From: an uncultured virus (IMG/VR IMGVR_UViG_3300019373_000270)
Taxonomy: Duplodnaviria; Heunggongvirae; Uroviricota; Caudoviricetes
Virus record (IMG/VR): IMGVR_UViG_3300019373_000270
Length of the DNA stretch: 64,000 bases
Direction: 5' to 3' (one strand)
The position numbers were made by a program, and so were the translations under genes. The notes below the pieces were generated by a model that searched no databases, was not told the origin of the DNA, and saw nothing but the letters and a program-made list of their open reading frames with translations. How positions within the stretch are numbered: the first letter of the stretch is position 1; every line of letters begins with the position of its first letter. Of this stretch, positions 38,748 to 48,198 are shown piece after piece.

Positions 38748-39623
38748 ATGAATTTTTATGGTTTTAAATTGAATACAAGAAATCTTGATGGTGCAGAAAA
38801 AGTAATAGACCAGATCAAATGTCTGATACACGATCATGCACAGAAGACTTACAGAGAGCTGCTCGCTCACGAAATACAAATACTTACGGATGAATGTGTT
38901 CTTGGGCTTCATGACAATGACAAAATCAACTGTATTTACGATGCTGCAACAGAACTCTTACAGAAGAAGATAGCTGTTGCGATCACTAAGGGTCTTGATA
39001 CAGAGTATAATTTCAGCGTTGCCGCCAATGTATTTACTTATAATAAGGATATCTATATTCAGCTTGCAACATACAATTTTTTCTTTTACCAAACTGTTCT
39101 GGATATAAAAGATATAGCTGACTTATCTATCCATAACGCTGTCGAGCAGCAGGAAAAAGCAAAGAGAGTAAAACTCTGGGAGGAAATAGTAGACAAGTAT
39201 AAAGATCATTCTTGTTTTATCGTTAAAATATTCCCTTTGAATGAACCTTTTATAAAGCCTGATTTTAAGGACCTCAAGTTTGATACTCCAATACAGAGAG
39301 CGGATGTGCTTGCCAGACATAGAGTTATGAATCAGTATCTATCATTTTATGCCGGTGGAGGTAATATCCAGCCTGAAAAGCTGATGGAATACTACGAGCA
39401 GGCTTTTATGAAGCTTGATACACCGGAAGGTGGAGAACTCAGAGAACAGTACAAGAATGACCTTCTGCGTTTTCTCCCGGTGATCGAAGAGAAAATCGTT
39501 ATGACAAAAATGACCGATGAAGCACCTATCAATAAGCAGCTCAAAGATCTGCTTGAGTATGAACCTAATGATAATAATACAAATATGTCGGAAACAACAG
39601 GGACTGAGGAGGCAAGTACATGA
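38748..39623 (+). CDS. hypothetical protein
   Basis: GAGGT RBS. Confidence 0.8.
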   Translation: MNFYGFKLNTRNLDGAEKVIDQIKCLIHDHAQKTYRELLAHEIQILTDECVLGLHDNDKINCIYDAATELLQKKIAVAITKGLDTEYNFSVAANVFTYNKDIYIQLATYNFFFYQTVLDIKDIADLSIHNAVEQQEKAKRVKLWEEIVDKYKDHSCFIVKIFPLNEPFIKPDFKDLKFDTPIQRADVLARHRVMNQYLSFYAGGGNIQPEKLMEYYEQAFMKLDTPEGGELREQYKNDLLRFLPVIEEKIVMTKMTDEAPINKQLKDLLEYEPNDNNTNMSETTGTEEAST

Positions 39624-41296
39624 ATGAAGTAATAATCGTGCGCCCTGATAAGTGTGTGGGCTGCAACGCCTGTGTGAGAAACTGTCCTGCACCTGAAGCA
39701 AACATCACACGTCAGATAGATGGTGGAAAATTCATTACAACTGTAAACCCCGAAAGATGTATAACATGTGGCGAATGTGTGAGGACCTGCAATCACGGGG
39801 CGAGAGATTATATTGACGATACTGACGAGTTTATGAGTGAATTATCCCGCAGAAAAATGATAATTCTTGCAACTCCTGCGATCAAGACTGTATACCCCGG
39901 ACACTGGAAAGGAATACTGGATCACTTTAAGAAGAAAGGCTGCCTGGTATATGATGTTTCGTTTGGTGCGGACATTTGCACGTGGGCGCATTTACGTTCA
40001 ATTACAGCAGGAAATGTAGGGAATCTCATTACCCAGCCTTGTGCTGCAATTGTCAAGTATATTGAGATCTACCAGCCAATGCTGCTTAAGAACCTTTCTC
40101 CAATCCACAGCCCTATATCCTGTGCTGCGATTTTTATCAGAAAATATTTAAAAAGGAACGAACCGATAGCTGTTTTGTCACCTTGTATTGCCAAAAAGAC
40201 AGAATTTTCAGAAACCGGTACCGTTAATTATAATGTAACCTTTAATAAACTCAACGACTATTTTGAAAAAAATAATATAAGAATACTTCCAAACAGTACA
40301 GATAATTTTGAATATGAGTTCGAAAACACTCAGGGGCAAGTTGGTGCTGTTTATCCCAGACCGGGTGGACTCAGAGACAATTTATGGCTGCATGATCCTG
40401 ACATAAACATTACAACATCTGAGGGTGTACATAAGGTCTACCCCGAACTTGATATGTATGCACAGATGCCTGAATCTAAGCATCCGGAAGTGTTTGATGT
40501 GCTGTCATGCGAGTTCGGCTGTAATGTAGGTCCCGCCTCAGGAAACAAACAGACTGTATTTGACGTAATGGCTTCAATGAGAGAGATCGAAAGGGAATCA
40601 AAGAAAAAAAGAAAAACCGGACTATTCAAAACAGGTGAAGATAAACTTTTCAAAAAGTTTGATGAAGAACTTATTATATCGGATTTTATACGAAACTACA
40701 GACAGTACGTTCCTACACCTATCCCATCGGATAAAGATCTTGAACCTATTTTTGATAAAATGGGCAAGCATACGCCCGAAGATAAACGCTATGACTGTCA
40801 TGCCTGCGGATATACCTCTTGCAAGGCAATGGCTACAGCTATCTACCGAGGTCTTAATACTCCCGATAACTGCTCAGTTCATGCAAAGTCCGTTCTTATC
40901 TCAAGACACAGCGCACTCGCTGAGCAGCATGAAAAACTTGCAGATATAACAGATAAGTGCCTGGATCTTTCCAACAAACTGATAAAAGATCTCGATGATA
41001 TAACTCAAAGTATCTCCACTATCGGAGATGCCTCTGAAAAAACAGATGAAAGAGCCGGAACAGTCCACGATCTGCTTGAGAACGTTGTGTCTTTTTGCGA
41101 GAGCAGCGATTCAATGGACGCTGATTCCATTGAAAAACTTATCACTATCCTAAAAACCACGATCTCAGCTTTTGATACTCTCAATGATAATATTATAATA
41201 ACGAACACAAACTCTGCTAAAATTAAAGAATCTATTACCGAAATAACCGATTTTGTATCCGAAATAAATAAAACACTGGCTCTGACAAGCCAATAA
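39620..41296 (+). CDS. [FeFe]-hydrogenase-like sensory protein (2x4Fe-4S, H-domain-like, FeS motif, MCP-like helical tail)
   Basis: CVGCNACVRNCP and CITCGECVRTC; ITQPCAAI, SPCIAKKTE, DVLSCEFGCNVG; DCHACGYTSC. Confidence 0.85.
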   Translation: MNEVIIVRPDKCVGCNACVRNCPAPEANITRQIDGGKFITTVNPERCITCGECVRTCNHGARDYIDDTDEFMSELSRRKMIILATPAIKTVYPGHWKGILDHFKKKGCLVYDVSFGADICTWAHLRSITAGNVGNLITQPCAAIVKYIEIYQPMLLKNLSPIHSPISCAAIFIRKYLKRNEPIAVLSPCIAKKTEFSETGTVNYNVTFNKLNDYFEKNNIRILPNSTDNFEYEFENTQGQVGAVYPRPGGLRDNLWLHDPDINITTSEGVHKVYPELDMYAQMPESKHPEVFDVLSCEFGCNVGPASGNKQTVFDVMASMREIERESKKKRKTGLFKTGEDKLFKKFDEELIISDFIRNYRQYVPTPIPSDKDLEPIFDKMGKHTPEDKRYDCHACGYTSCKAMATAIYRGLNTPDNCSVHAKSVLISRHSALAEQHEKLADITDKCLDLSNKLIKDLDDITQSISTIGDASEKTDERAGTVHDLLENVVSFCESSDSMDADSIEKLITILKTTISAFDTLNDNIIITNTNSAKIKESITEITDFVSEINKTLALTSQ

Positions 41297-41336
41297 TGCA
41301 TTACAAAAAGAAAGACTCTGCTGCCGGGTCTTTCTT

Positions 41337-41395
41337 TTTTATTCTTCTGAATTTTCGCCTATAATATTTTTAGTATATTTAATTGATAAATGGAG
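41337..41395 (+). promoter_or_regulatory. element-type promoter plus leader box (also serves as RBS)
   Basis: TTTTAT-17-TATAAT(41360); TGATAAATGGAG at 41384. Confidence 0.7.
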
Positions 41396-41404
41396 GAACC
41401 AAAA

Positions 41405-43576
41405 ATGATAACTGAAAAAATTATGGGAAAATATCAAAATTATATCTACCGTGATTTGGAAAGCGGATTTTCAATTTTCAGGGTGAGACCGCAGTTATCT
41501 GCCAATATTGCGGATAAAATGAAAGGAGGATTCATTATATGCAAGGGAGTGCTTGCCACTGTAAATACTGAGATCCCGCTTGAATTCTCAGGCACATGGG
41601 AATCAAACGATCATGGCTGGACTTTCTGCGTTATGGATTATACAGAGAAATCATGGGATGATATGATAACCGTAGATTTTCTAAAAAGTATAAAAGGCAT
41701 CAGCGATGCTGTTGCCAAAAAAATAATCGATGAATTTGAAGATTTTTTTACCGAGATCAAACACCCCGGTGCGTCAGCCAGACTTTCTATGGTATCCGGC
41801 GTAACGGCAGACAAATGTCAGCAAATTATTAAAGAAATAACAGATCAAGCTGATAAAAGAAAAATAATGAAATACCTGTTTCTTCACGGGGCAAAAATGC
41901 TTCACGTAGATCGGCTTTATGCCAACTACGGCGTTGAAGGAATAGAAAAACTAAAAAAAGAACCGTATGAGATCGGACTGCAAATAGGGCTGTCACTAAA
42001 AGCCTGCGACTCTATCGCTTTGTCACAGCAAAGAGACATGAAGGATCAAAAACGTATAAAGGCATACATAGAAAACTATCTTCAAGCACAAATGATGTCA
42101 GGAAATATTTATATCAAAGAAGCTCAGTTGGTCCCTGAAGTCTTGAAAGTTTTAAATTTTGATACATCAGGCAGTGACAGTTTCAGAATTCTTCTAGCAT
42201 TGAAAGGCTCTGACGATGTTTGCTACGTCGAAGACACCGACGGATCAAAAATATACCTGAAATATCTGAAAAAAGCCGAAGATAATCTAGCTGAACAGAT
42301 AATCAGGCTGCAATCTGCCGGACTAAAAACAAATTATACCGACGAGTATGCTGATTATGCTGAATCGATCGCAGGTTTCAAGTTCGCACCGGAGCAAAGA
42401 GGGGCGTTCAGGCTTCTGAGAAAAACAGGTATAGGGATACTTACAGGTGGACCCGGAACAGGCAAAACCACTACTGTAAAGGGTATTATCGATGCTTATG
42501 AGAAAATGTATCCAAATAATAAAATAAAACTATGTGCGCCAACAGGAAGGGCAGCGCAAAGGATGACCGAATCTACAGGAAGACCTTCGACAACTATTCA
42601 CCGACTCCTTGAATACAGACCTTTTGAAGGCAAAGAGTCTGATATAAGGTGTAAAAACGAATACGATCCCATTGATGCTGATTTTATAATCGTGGATGAA
42701 GTAAGTATGCTCGATTGTCAGCTTGCTTCTTTGTTCTTTTCGGCTGTCAAGTCGGGAGCATTAGTGATCATGGTCGGAGATATACATCAGCTGCAATCAG
42801 TCGGAGCAGGTGATGTTCTTAACGACATGATAAAATGTCAGATGATACCTGTCGAAAGACTGATAAAAACATACCGTCAGGCATCAGACAGCAATATAAT
42901 CAAGAATGCGAACGAAATAAATAACGGACATGATCATCTAAAGTTCGCGGATGACTTTGAAGTATATCAGACGCAGAATATCACAGAAAAAATCGTAGAA
43001 ATAGTGAAAGAGTATCATAGATCTGATGAACTCTTCTATGCACAGATCTTATCTCCGTCACACAAGAACGACGGTGGTGTTACAGAGATAAACAATCGGC
43101 TGCAGGAGGAACTTAATCCGGGCATAGTTCCCGAATTGGTCTATGGACGCAATAGAAAATTTAAACTTCATGACAAAATCATCATGATAAAAAACAATCC
43201 CGAAAAGGGATATTATAATGGTGATGTTGGCTACATCACCGAAATAAGAGATGAAGAGATTAATGTAAAGATACAGGATCAGGAAATCAGATTGAGTAAA
43301 GCGAATATAGATGATGTCAGACTGGCATACGCTATGACGATCCATAAGAGCCAAGGTTCTGAATTTCCGGTCACTATCATTTCTTTACCTAATTCGGGCA
43401 TGTTAAAAAGAAACCTTCTTTACACAGCTGTTACACGCGCTAAAAACAAAGTGATAATCGTACAGCAGCAGGGTTCTATATCTATGGCTGTAAAAAGAAA
43501 TGAGGTAGGAAAAAGAAACACAACACTCGTTGAAAAATTACACGATATAATGATCGAGAGATGTCTCGAACTATAA
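41405..43576 (+). CDS. recD2: RecD2-family SF1B helicase (copy 1)
   Basis: GGPGTGKTT, APTGRAA, TIHRLL, DEVSM, GDIHQL, AYAMTIHKSQGSE, YTAVTRAK. Confidence 0.92.
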   Translation: MITEKIMGKYQNYIYRDLESGFSIFRVRPQLSANIADKMKGGFIICKGVLATVNTEIPLEFSGTWESNDHGWTFCVMDYTEKSWDDMITVDFLKSIKGISDAVAKKIIDEFEDFFTEIKHPGASARLSMVSGVTADKCQQIIKEITDQADKRKIMKYLFLHGAKMLHVDRLYANYGVEGIEKLKKEPYEIGLQIGLSLKACDSIALSQQRDMKDQKRIKAYIENYLQAQMMSGNIYIKEAQLVPEVLKVLNFDTSGSDSFRILLALKGSDDVCYVEDTDGSKIYLKYLKKAEDNLAEQIIRLQSAGLKTNYTDEYADYAESIAGFKFAPEQRGAFRLLRKTGIGILTGGPGTGKTTTVKGIIDAYEKMYPNNKIKLCAPTGRAAQRMTESTGRPSTTIHRLLEYRPFEGKESDIRCKNEYDPIDADFIIVDEVSMLDCQLASLFFSAVKSGALVIMVGDIHQLQSVGAGDVLNDMIKCQMIPVERLIKTYRQASDSNIIKNANEINNGHDHLKFADDFEVYQTQNITEKIVEIVKEYHRSDELFYAQILSPSHKNDGGVTEINNRLQEELNPGIVPELVYGRNRKFKLHDKIIMIKNNPEKGYYNGDVGYITEIRDEEINVKIQDQEIRLSKANIDDVRLAYAMTIHKSQGSEFPVTIISLPNSGMLKRNLLYTAVTRAKNKVIIVQQQGSISMAVKRNEVGKRNTTLVEKLHDIMIERCLEL

Positions 43577-45771
43577 GAAAGGCTGAAGAAAAAATGACAA
43601 TAACAGGAAAAATAGATAAAATTTTTGCGATTAGAGGAGACTGGGCATCTTTATTGGTGTCCGGTATCCCTGACGAAGAAAAAACAAAGGCAGGCTTTGC
43701 TTTATCTACGAAGCAAATAATTTTTGCCGGGATGATCTCTAATCCGGTAGAAGGCTGTGCTATGAACTTTACAGGTGATTGGGTCAATCATCCTAAGTAC
43801 GGTGTTCAGTTTAAGGTCACATACTCATCTCCTGTATTGAACGATACAAGTTCTCTTTTTAAGTATCTGACTTCAGGGTTTATAAAGGGATGCGGCGAAA
43901 AAAATGCTGAAATGATAATCGAAAAATTCGGAGATAAAACGATAGATGTTATCAGTAATGATTATGAAAAACTTACCGAAATACCTAAGATCGGAATTAA
44001 AAAAGCAAAAACGATACATGATTCATATATCAAAACTTGCGGAATGATGCATGTGATGAATCTGTTTAAAGGTCAGATAACGCAAAATAAATGTATGAAA
44101 ATACATGATACGTATGGCGGCAAAGCTGAAAAAGTAATAAAAGAAAACCCTTATCAGCTTATATGCGATATAAGAGGGTTCGGATTTAAGACCGTTGACG
44201 AACTTGCTGTCAATTCAGGGATAGACTTGAATGACCCCAGAAGAATAAAGGCAGCTATAATCCACACTCTTGACACTATCAGCAACGACCAGGGGCATTG
44301 CTATATTTTACTTGACGAACTGGGAGATAACATCAGGAGTCTTGTAGATAATATTGACGTTTCTGATGACGTTATAATCAGCGAAATAAAGAAGCTGTAT
44401 AAGGAAGAAAAAATTATTCTTGAAAAAGAAGATGATTCTACAATCCGAGTTTATTTGAAAGAACTTTACGATGCAGAAGATGCTCTGGCTTATAAGATCA
44501 GCAGCATGAAGAGAAGAAGAAACACGGTGTATAAAGAAGATATCATCGATGCTGTCATTGACACGATAACCGAAGATAGCACGAATCCTGATTTTGAGTT
44601 TGAACCCCTTCAGATCGAAGCGGTAAAAACATCACTGAGAAATCATGTAAGCATCATTACCGGAGGTCCCGGAACAGGTAAAACAACTATAATAAACGCA
44701 GTTGCAAAATCTGCACTTGCTATGGATTACGGAGTTATCTTACTGGCACCCACAGGAAGAGCCTCAAGAAAACTTGCAGAAAGTACAGAAATGGCTGCAT
44801 TCACGATAGCAAAATACGTCGTGACTTCTGGATACGTTATAGATGAAGTCACAAGAGCAAAAAAACACAAATTGTACATTGTGGATGAAACATCTATGAT
44901 AGATATCGAAAATGCAGCTAAGCTGTTCTCCTTGATAAGAGAAACAGATACCGTAGTACTGGTCGGAGATATAGACCAGCTTCCTTCGATCGGGGCAGGC
45001 AATTTCTTCCGTGACCTTGTATATTCCGGTCTTGTACCTAAGACAAAACTCACTTTTACTCACAGATTTAAAGGTTCCATCGCTGAAAATGCCAAAAACA
45101 TAAATCACGGTTCCTGTAAACTGAAAGAGGACAGTGAATTCGAAATAATAAAGGTAAAAGATCCTATGAAAAGACAGGAACTTGTTTTGAGTAAATACTA
45201 TGATGAACTTAGAAAAGCAGGAGGAAATTATAGGAGAATACAGATAATCGTGCCAATGAGACAACGAGGAGATACATCTACCAACGTATTGAACAAAATA
45301 ATACGCGATAGAGTCAACCCTTTAAAACCTAAGCAGCCGGTTTTTGGCGCAAAACAGTTTAGAGTAGGAGACAGAGTGATGCAAACGTCAAATAATTCCG
45401 AACTGGAAGTAGCAAACGGCGACTGCGGTATCGTGTGTGCCATTGATACTGAGAATTCCACAATGGATGTAATAATGGATGTCGGAGGCAGAAAAACTTA
45501 CGACAGTCTGCAATCGTCAGATCTTGTTATCGCATACGCAATTACAGTTCACAAGAGCCAAGGTTCAGAGTATATGACAGTGATATCCGCCTATGGAACT
45601 TCGGACTATGTTATGCTTCAGCGAAACCTGCTCTATACAGCTGTTACACGCGCTAAAAATAAAATGATACTGATCGCAGACCCGGCTGCTATTTACAGAG
45701 CAGTAAACAATATAGAACCTATAATCAGAAATACTTCGATCAATGAAAAAATTGCGAAGTACGACAAGTGA
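43561..45771 (+). CDS. recD2: RecD2-family SF1B helicase (copy 2)
   Basis: HPKYGVQF, GGPGTGKTT, DETSM, GDIDQLPSIG, AYAITVHKSQGSE. Confidence 0.92.
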   Translation: MSRTIRKAEEKMTITGKIDKIFAIRGDWASLLVSGIPDEEKTKAGFALSTKQIIFAGMISNPVEGCAMNFTGDWVNHPKYGVQFKVTYSSPVLNDTSSLFKYLTSGFIKGCGEKNAEMIIEKFGDKTIDVISNDYEKLTEIPKIGIKKAKTIHDSYIKTCGMMHVMNLFKGQITQNKCMKIHDTYGGKAEKVIKENPYQLICDIRGFGFKTVDELAVNSGIDLNDPRRIKAAIIHTLDTISNDQGHCYILLDELGDNIRSLVDNIDVSDDVIISEIKKLYKEEKIILEKEDDSTIRVYLKELYDAEDALAYKISSMKRRRNTVYKEDIIDAVIDTITEDSTNPDFEFEPLQIEAVKTSLRNHVSIITGGPGTGKTTIINAVAKSALAMDYGVILLAPTGRASRKLAESTEMAAFTIAKYVVTSGYVIDEVTRAKKHKLYIVDETSMIDIENAAKLFSLIRETDTVVLVGDIDQLPSIGAGNFFRDLVYSGLVPKTKLTFTHRFKGSIAENAKNINHGSCKLKEDSEFEIIKVKDPMKRQELVLSKYYDELRKAGGNYRRIQIIVPMRQRGDTSTNVLNKIIRDRVNPLKPKQPVFGAKQFRVGDRVMQTSNNSELEVANGDCGIVCAIDTENSTMDVIMDVGGRKTYDSLQSSDLVIAYAITVHKSQGSEYMTVISAYGTSDYVMLQRNLLYTAVTRAKNKMILIADPAAIYRAVNNIEPIIRNTSINEKIAKYDK

Positions 45772-45863
45772 TCTTTCTGTATCAGTTATCATTCAAGAGA
45801 CCGAAAACGGTCTCTTTTTTTTTGACGGAATTTTCTGATATAATAATAATCAGGAGGGATATT

Positions 45864-47189
45864 ATGATACTGTTCAATCCGCTTAGAAAAAGAGAACTTG
45901 AAGACTATAAAGATAAGTTCTTCAACAAAACAAAAACAGAAGTAAAAAGAGGAACGAAATATGCGGTGAATAAAGCCGAAAAAATATCCGACAATATTAC
46001 GAAATTTAGCTTATCGAGAAGAACAAAAAAATCTTTGCTTATAATCACCTCTGTTGTAACGGTCTTTTTGTTATCGGTATATATTCCCTCGTGGTTCACC
46101 GGAGCAGAAAAAGAAGAGTACTATTCACTGCCTATCGATCCAAAAGCAATTGATTTTAATAAAAATGCAGGAAATAATTATCCTGATGAAGATTTTGATG
46201 ATGATGGATTGAAAAACTCCGCTGAAATTTTATTTAAAACAAATGTATTTTGTGAAGATACAGATAATGATGGAATAAACGATAAGCTTGAACTGGAATT
46301 AAAGACCGGACCTCTGAAAAAGAACTCACTTATACAATTTATTAAGGATAAAGATAAAAATGAAGGAAAAAATATAAGTGATCCTTATAAAGATGAAGAT
46401 GTCATTCTGTGGGCTGACTCGTATGAAGACAAAACTGACGGATATGTTATAAAAGACAAAAACGGATATTTGATCAGAAATTATAAAGGATGGGCGCAGT
46501 TTCCTGAAACTATACATAAATACGTGTATAATTATGATGAAAAAAATCAGAAATTAAAGACTCTCAAATATAGGGAAAACGAAGACGCATACTATATAGA
46601 AGAGGATAGCTATATTGTTATTCTGGATCATAAGCCCGAATACAAGTATAGATTTTCTGCATTTGGGACTAACTATATAATAAAAAATAGTTTCTGGGGT
46701 AATACTCTTTCTTTCATTCTGCCAAGTAAAGGGAAAACATATATGAAATGCCAGAAGATACCACTGTTAGGGTTTACTGATATAAACACCATAACAGATC
46801 CGAACGTTTTAAAATACACTAATGATTACAGGGAAAGAATGACCAAAAATACAAATACTTCTGACGATCTTTCATCCGTAATGAAGATGATCGAGAAAAA
46901 TAAATGTGTATACGTATCTTTATTTGATCCGTCAGAAGGGGAGAGTGTAGGAATAGTGTACGGTTACACGCCAGAAGGAAATCTGCTTGTGGCCGATCCT
47001 GAAACAGGGGATCACTCCGGCGAAATTAAAATTACGTTAAAAGCTAAAAAATGCTTAACTGATGAAAAAAAGATAAGCAAACACATATATTTTGATTTTA
47101 TCGGTTTGGGATTCGATTCACAAAAAGGGGACAGGATCAATTTCTTTGGCACTGAAACATCAGACGAGTATATAGAGTATTTTTCATAG
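45864..47189 (+). CDS. membrane-anchored protein with DxDxDG Ca-binding repeats
   Basis: One TM helix; DFDDDGL and DTDNDGI. Confidence 0.7.
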   Translation: MILFNPLRKRELEDYKDKFFNKTKTEVKRGTKYAVNKAEKISDNITKFSLSRRTKKSLLIITSVVTVFLLSVYIPSWFTGAEKEEYYSLPIDPKAIDFNKNAGNNYPDEDFDDDGLKNSAEILFKTNVFCEDTDNDGINDKLELELKTGPLKKNSLIQFIKDKDKNEGKNISDPYKDEDVILWADSYEDKTDGYVIKDKNGYLIRNYKGWAQFPETIHKYVYNYDEKNQKLKTLKYRENEDAYYIEEDSYIVILDHKPEYKYRFSAFGTNYIIKNSFWGNTLSFILPSKGKTYMKCQKIPLLGFTDINTITDPNVLKYTNDYRERMTKNTNTSDDLSSVMKMIEKNKCVYVSLFDPSEGESVGIVYGYTPEGNLLVADPETGDHSGEIKITLKAKKCLTDEKKISKHIYFDFIGLGFDSQKGDRINFFGTETSDEYIEYFS

Positions 47190-47217
47190 CACTAAAAGGA
47201 AGGAAATGACTCCTTCC

Positions 47218-47277
47218 TTTTATTATTATTAATTTTTATATATAATATTTATAAGAACATTTTTTTGAGAACTGGAG
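47218..47277 (+). promoter_or_regulatory. element-type promoter plus variant leader box
   Basis: TTTTAT-17-TATAAT(47241); TGAGAACTGGAG at 47266. Confidence 0.6.
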
Positions 47278-47286
47278 GGGATAAAA

Positions 47287-48090
47287 ATGAAACTGATCAC
47301 AAATCTTGAAGATATGAAAGATGCTTGCGACCTGGTCGATCTCGCAAGAGAGTTGGACGTAGATATGCAGCGCTCAGGAAATCACTGGGCAATAAGATGT
47401 CCTAATCACTACGGTGGACAATACGATAAACATATCGGAAACTGTTACATAAATAAAAACCACAGATCATTTGTCTGCAAAAGTTGTGGTAACAAAGGCG
47501 ATGCACTTACACTCATCCAGCAGGCAACATCATGTAGTTTTATAGAATCAGTCAAATTTCTGTCTGATTTTGTTGGAATGCAGATTTCTTACATTGAAGA
47601 AGGAAAGGAGTATACTTCAGACGAAGGAGAAAAAACAACTATAAGACGCATTCTGTCAGCTAAGGATCAGGAATTTTTAGAAATAAAAAATTCTGCCGTA
47701 TATGGCATCAGTGAACTTATAGAACCTGATGATTTTGATTCAGCCTCCGAAGAAAACGGTACGCCTGTAATTTCCGATGACAAGTTGTTTTTTTATTATA
47801 CAAGGAAAACACTTGTAACAAATCCTCTTAAAAAAATCGCATCAGGAAATTACCAATTGTATCAAAAAATCGTAGAAAATGCGATTTTCAAAAAATACGA
47901 AAAATTAAAGAAAGTTGCAGAAATATGGAGTGATTCACCCTATTCAAGTGAATCTTATGAAGTGATAAAAAAGGAGTTTGAAAAACTTCGTACCATATAT
48001 GTAAGTATGGGCGGAGAATCATCGAAGATCAAGATTCCCGAACCAAAACAGGAACCAGATATACTTTCGAACATATTATCTTCTTTGTGA
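47287..48090 (+). CDS. CHC2 (primase-type) zinc-finger protein without TOPRIM domain
   Basis: CPNH...FVCKSCGNKGDAL......SF.ESVKFL. Confidence 0.75.
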   Translation: MKLITNLEDMKDACDLVDLARELDVDMQRSGNHWAIRCPNHYGGQYDKHIGNCYINKNHRSFVCKSCGNKGDALTLIQQATSCSFIESVKFLSDFVGMQISYIEEGKEYTSDEGEKTTIRRILSAKDQEFLEIKNSAVYGISELIEPDDFDSASEENGTPVISDDKLFFYYTRKTLVTNPLKKIASGNYQLYQKIVENAIFKKYEKLKKVAEIWSDSPYSSESYEVIKKEFEKLRTIYVSMGGESSKIKIPEPKQEPDILSNILSSL

Positions 48091-48130
48091 TCAGAGACCG
48101 AAGCGTTTTCTTTCAAAACAGAAAGCGCTT

Positions 48131-48190
48131 TTTTGTTGTGAAGAATTTTCACTTATAATTATATATAGAATTCCTAAAAGATGACTGGAG
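48131..48190 (+). promoter_or_regulatory. element-type promoter plus variant leader box for dnaE
   Basis: TTTTGT-17-TATAAT(48154); AGATGACTGGAG at 48179. Confidence 0.6.
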
Positions 48191-48198
48191 GTATAAAA

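Noticed and set aside
4738..48190. Recurrent intergenic motif as a CRISPR array or integron attC sites
   Set aside because: Copies are degenerate, separated by whole genes, lack attC-like symmetry, and no cas or integrase gene is seen; they parse as terminator plus promoter.
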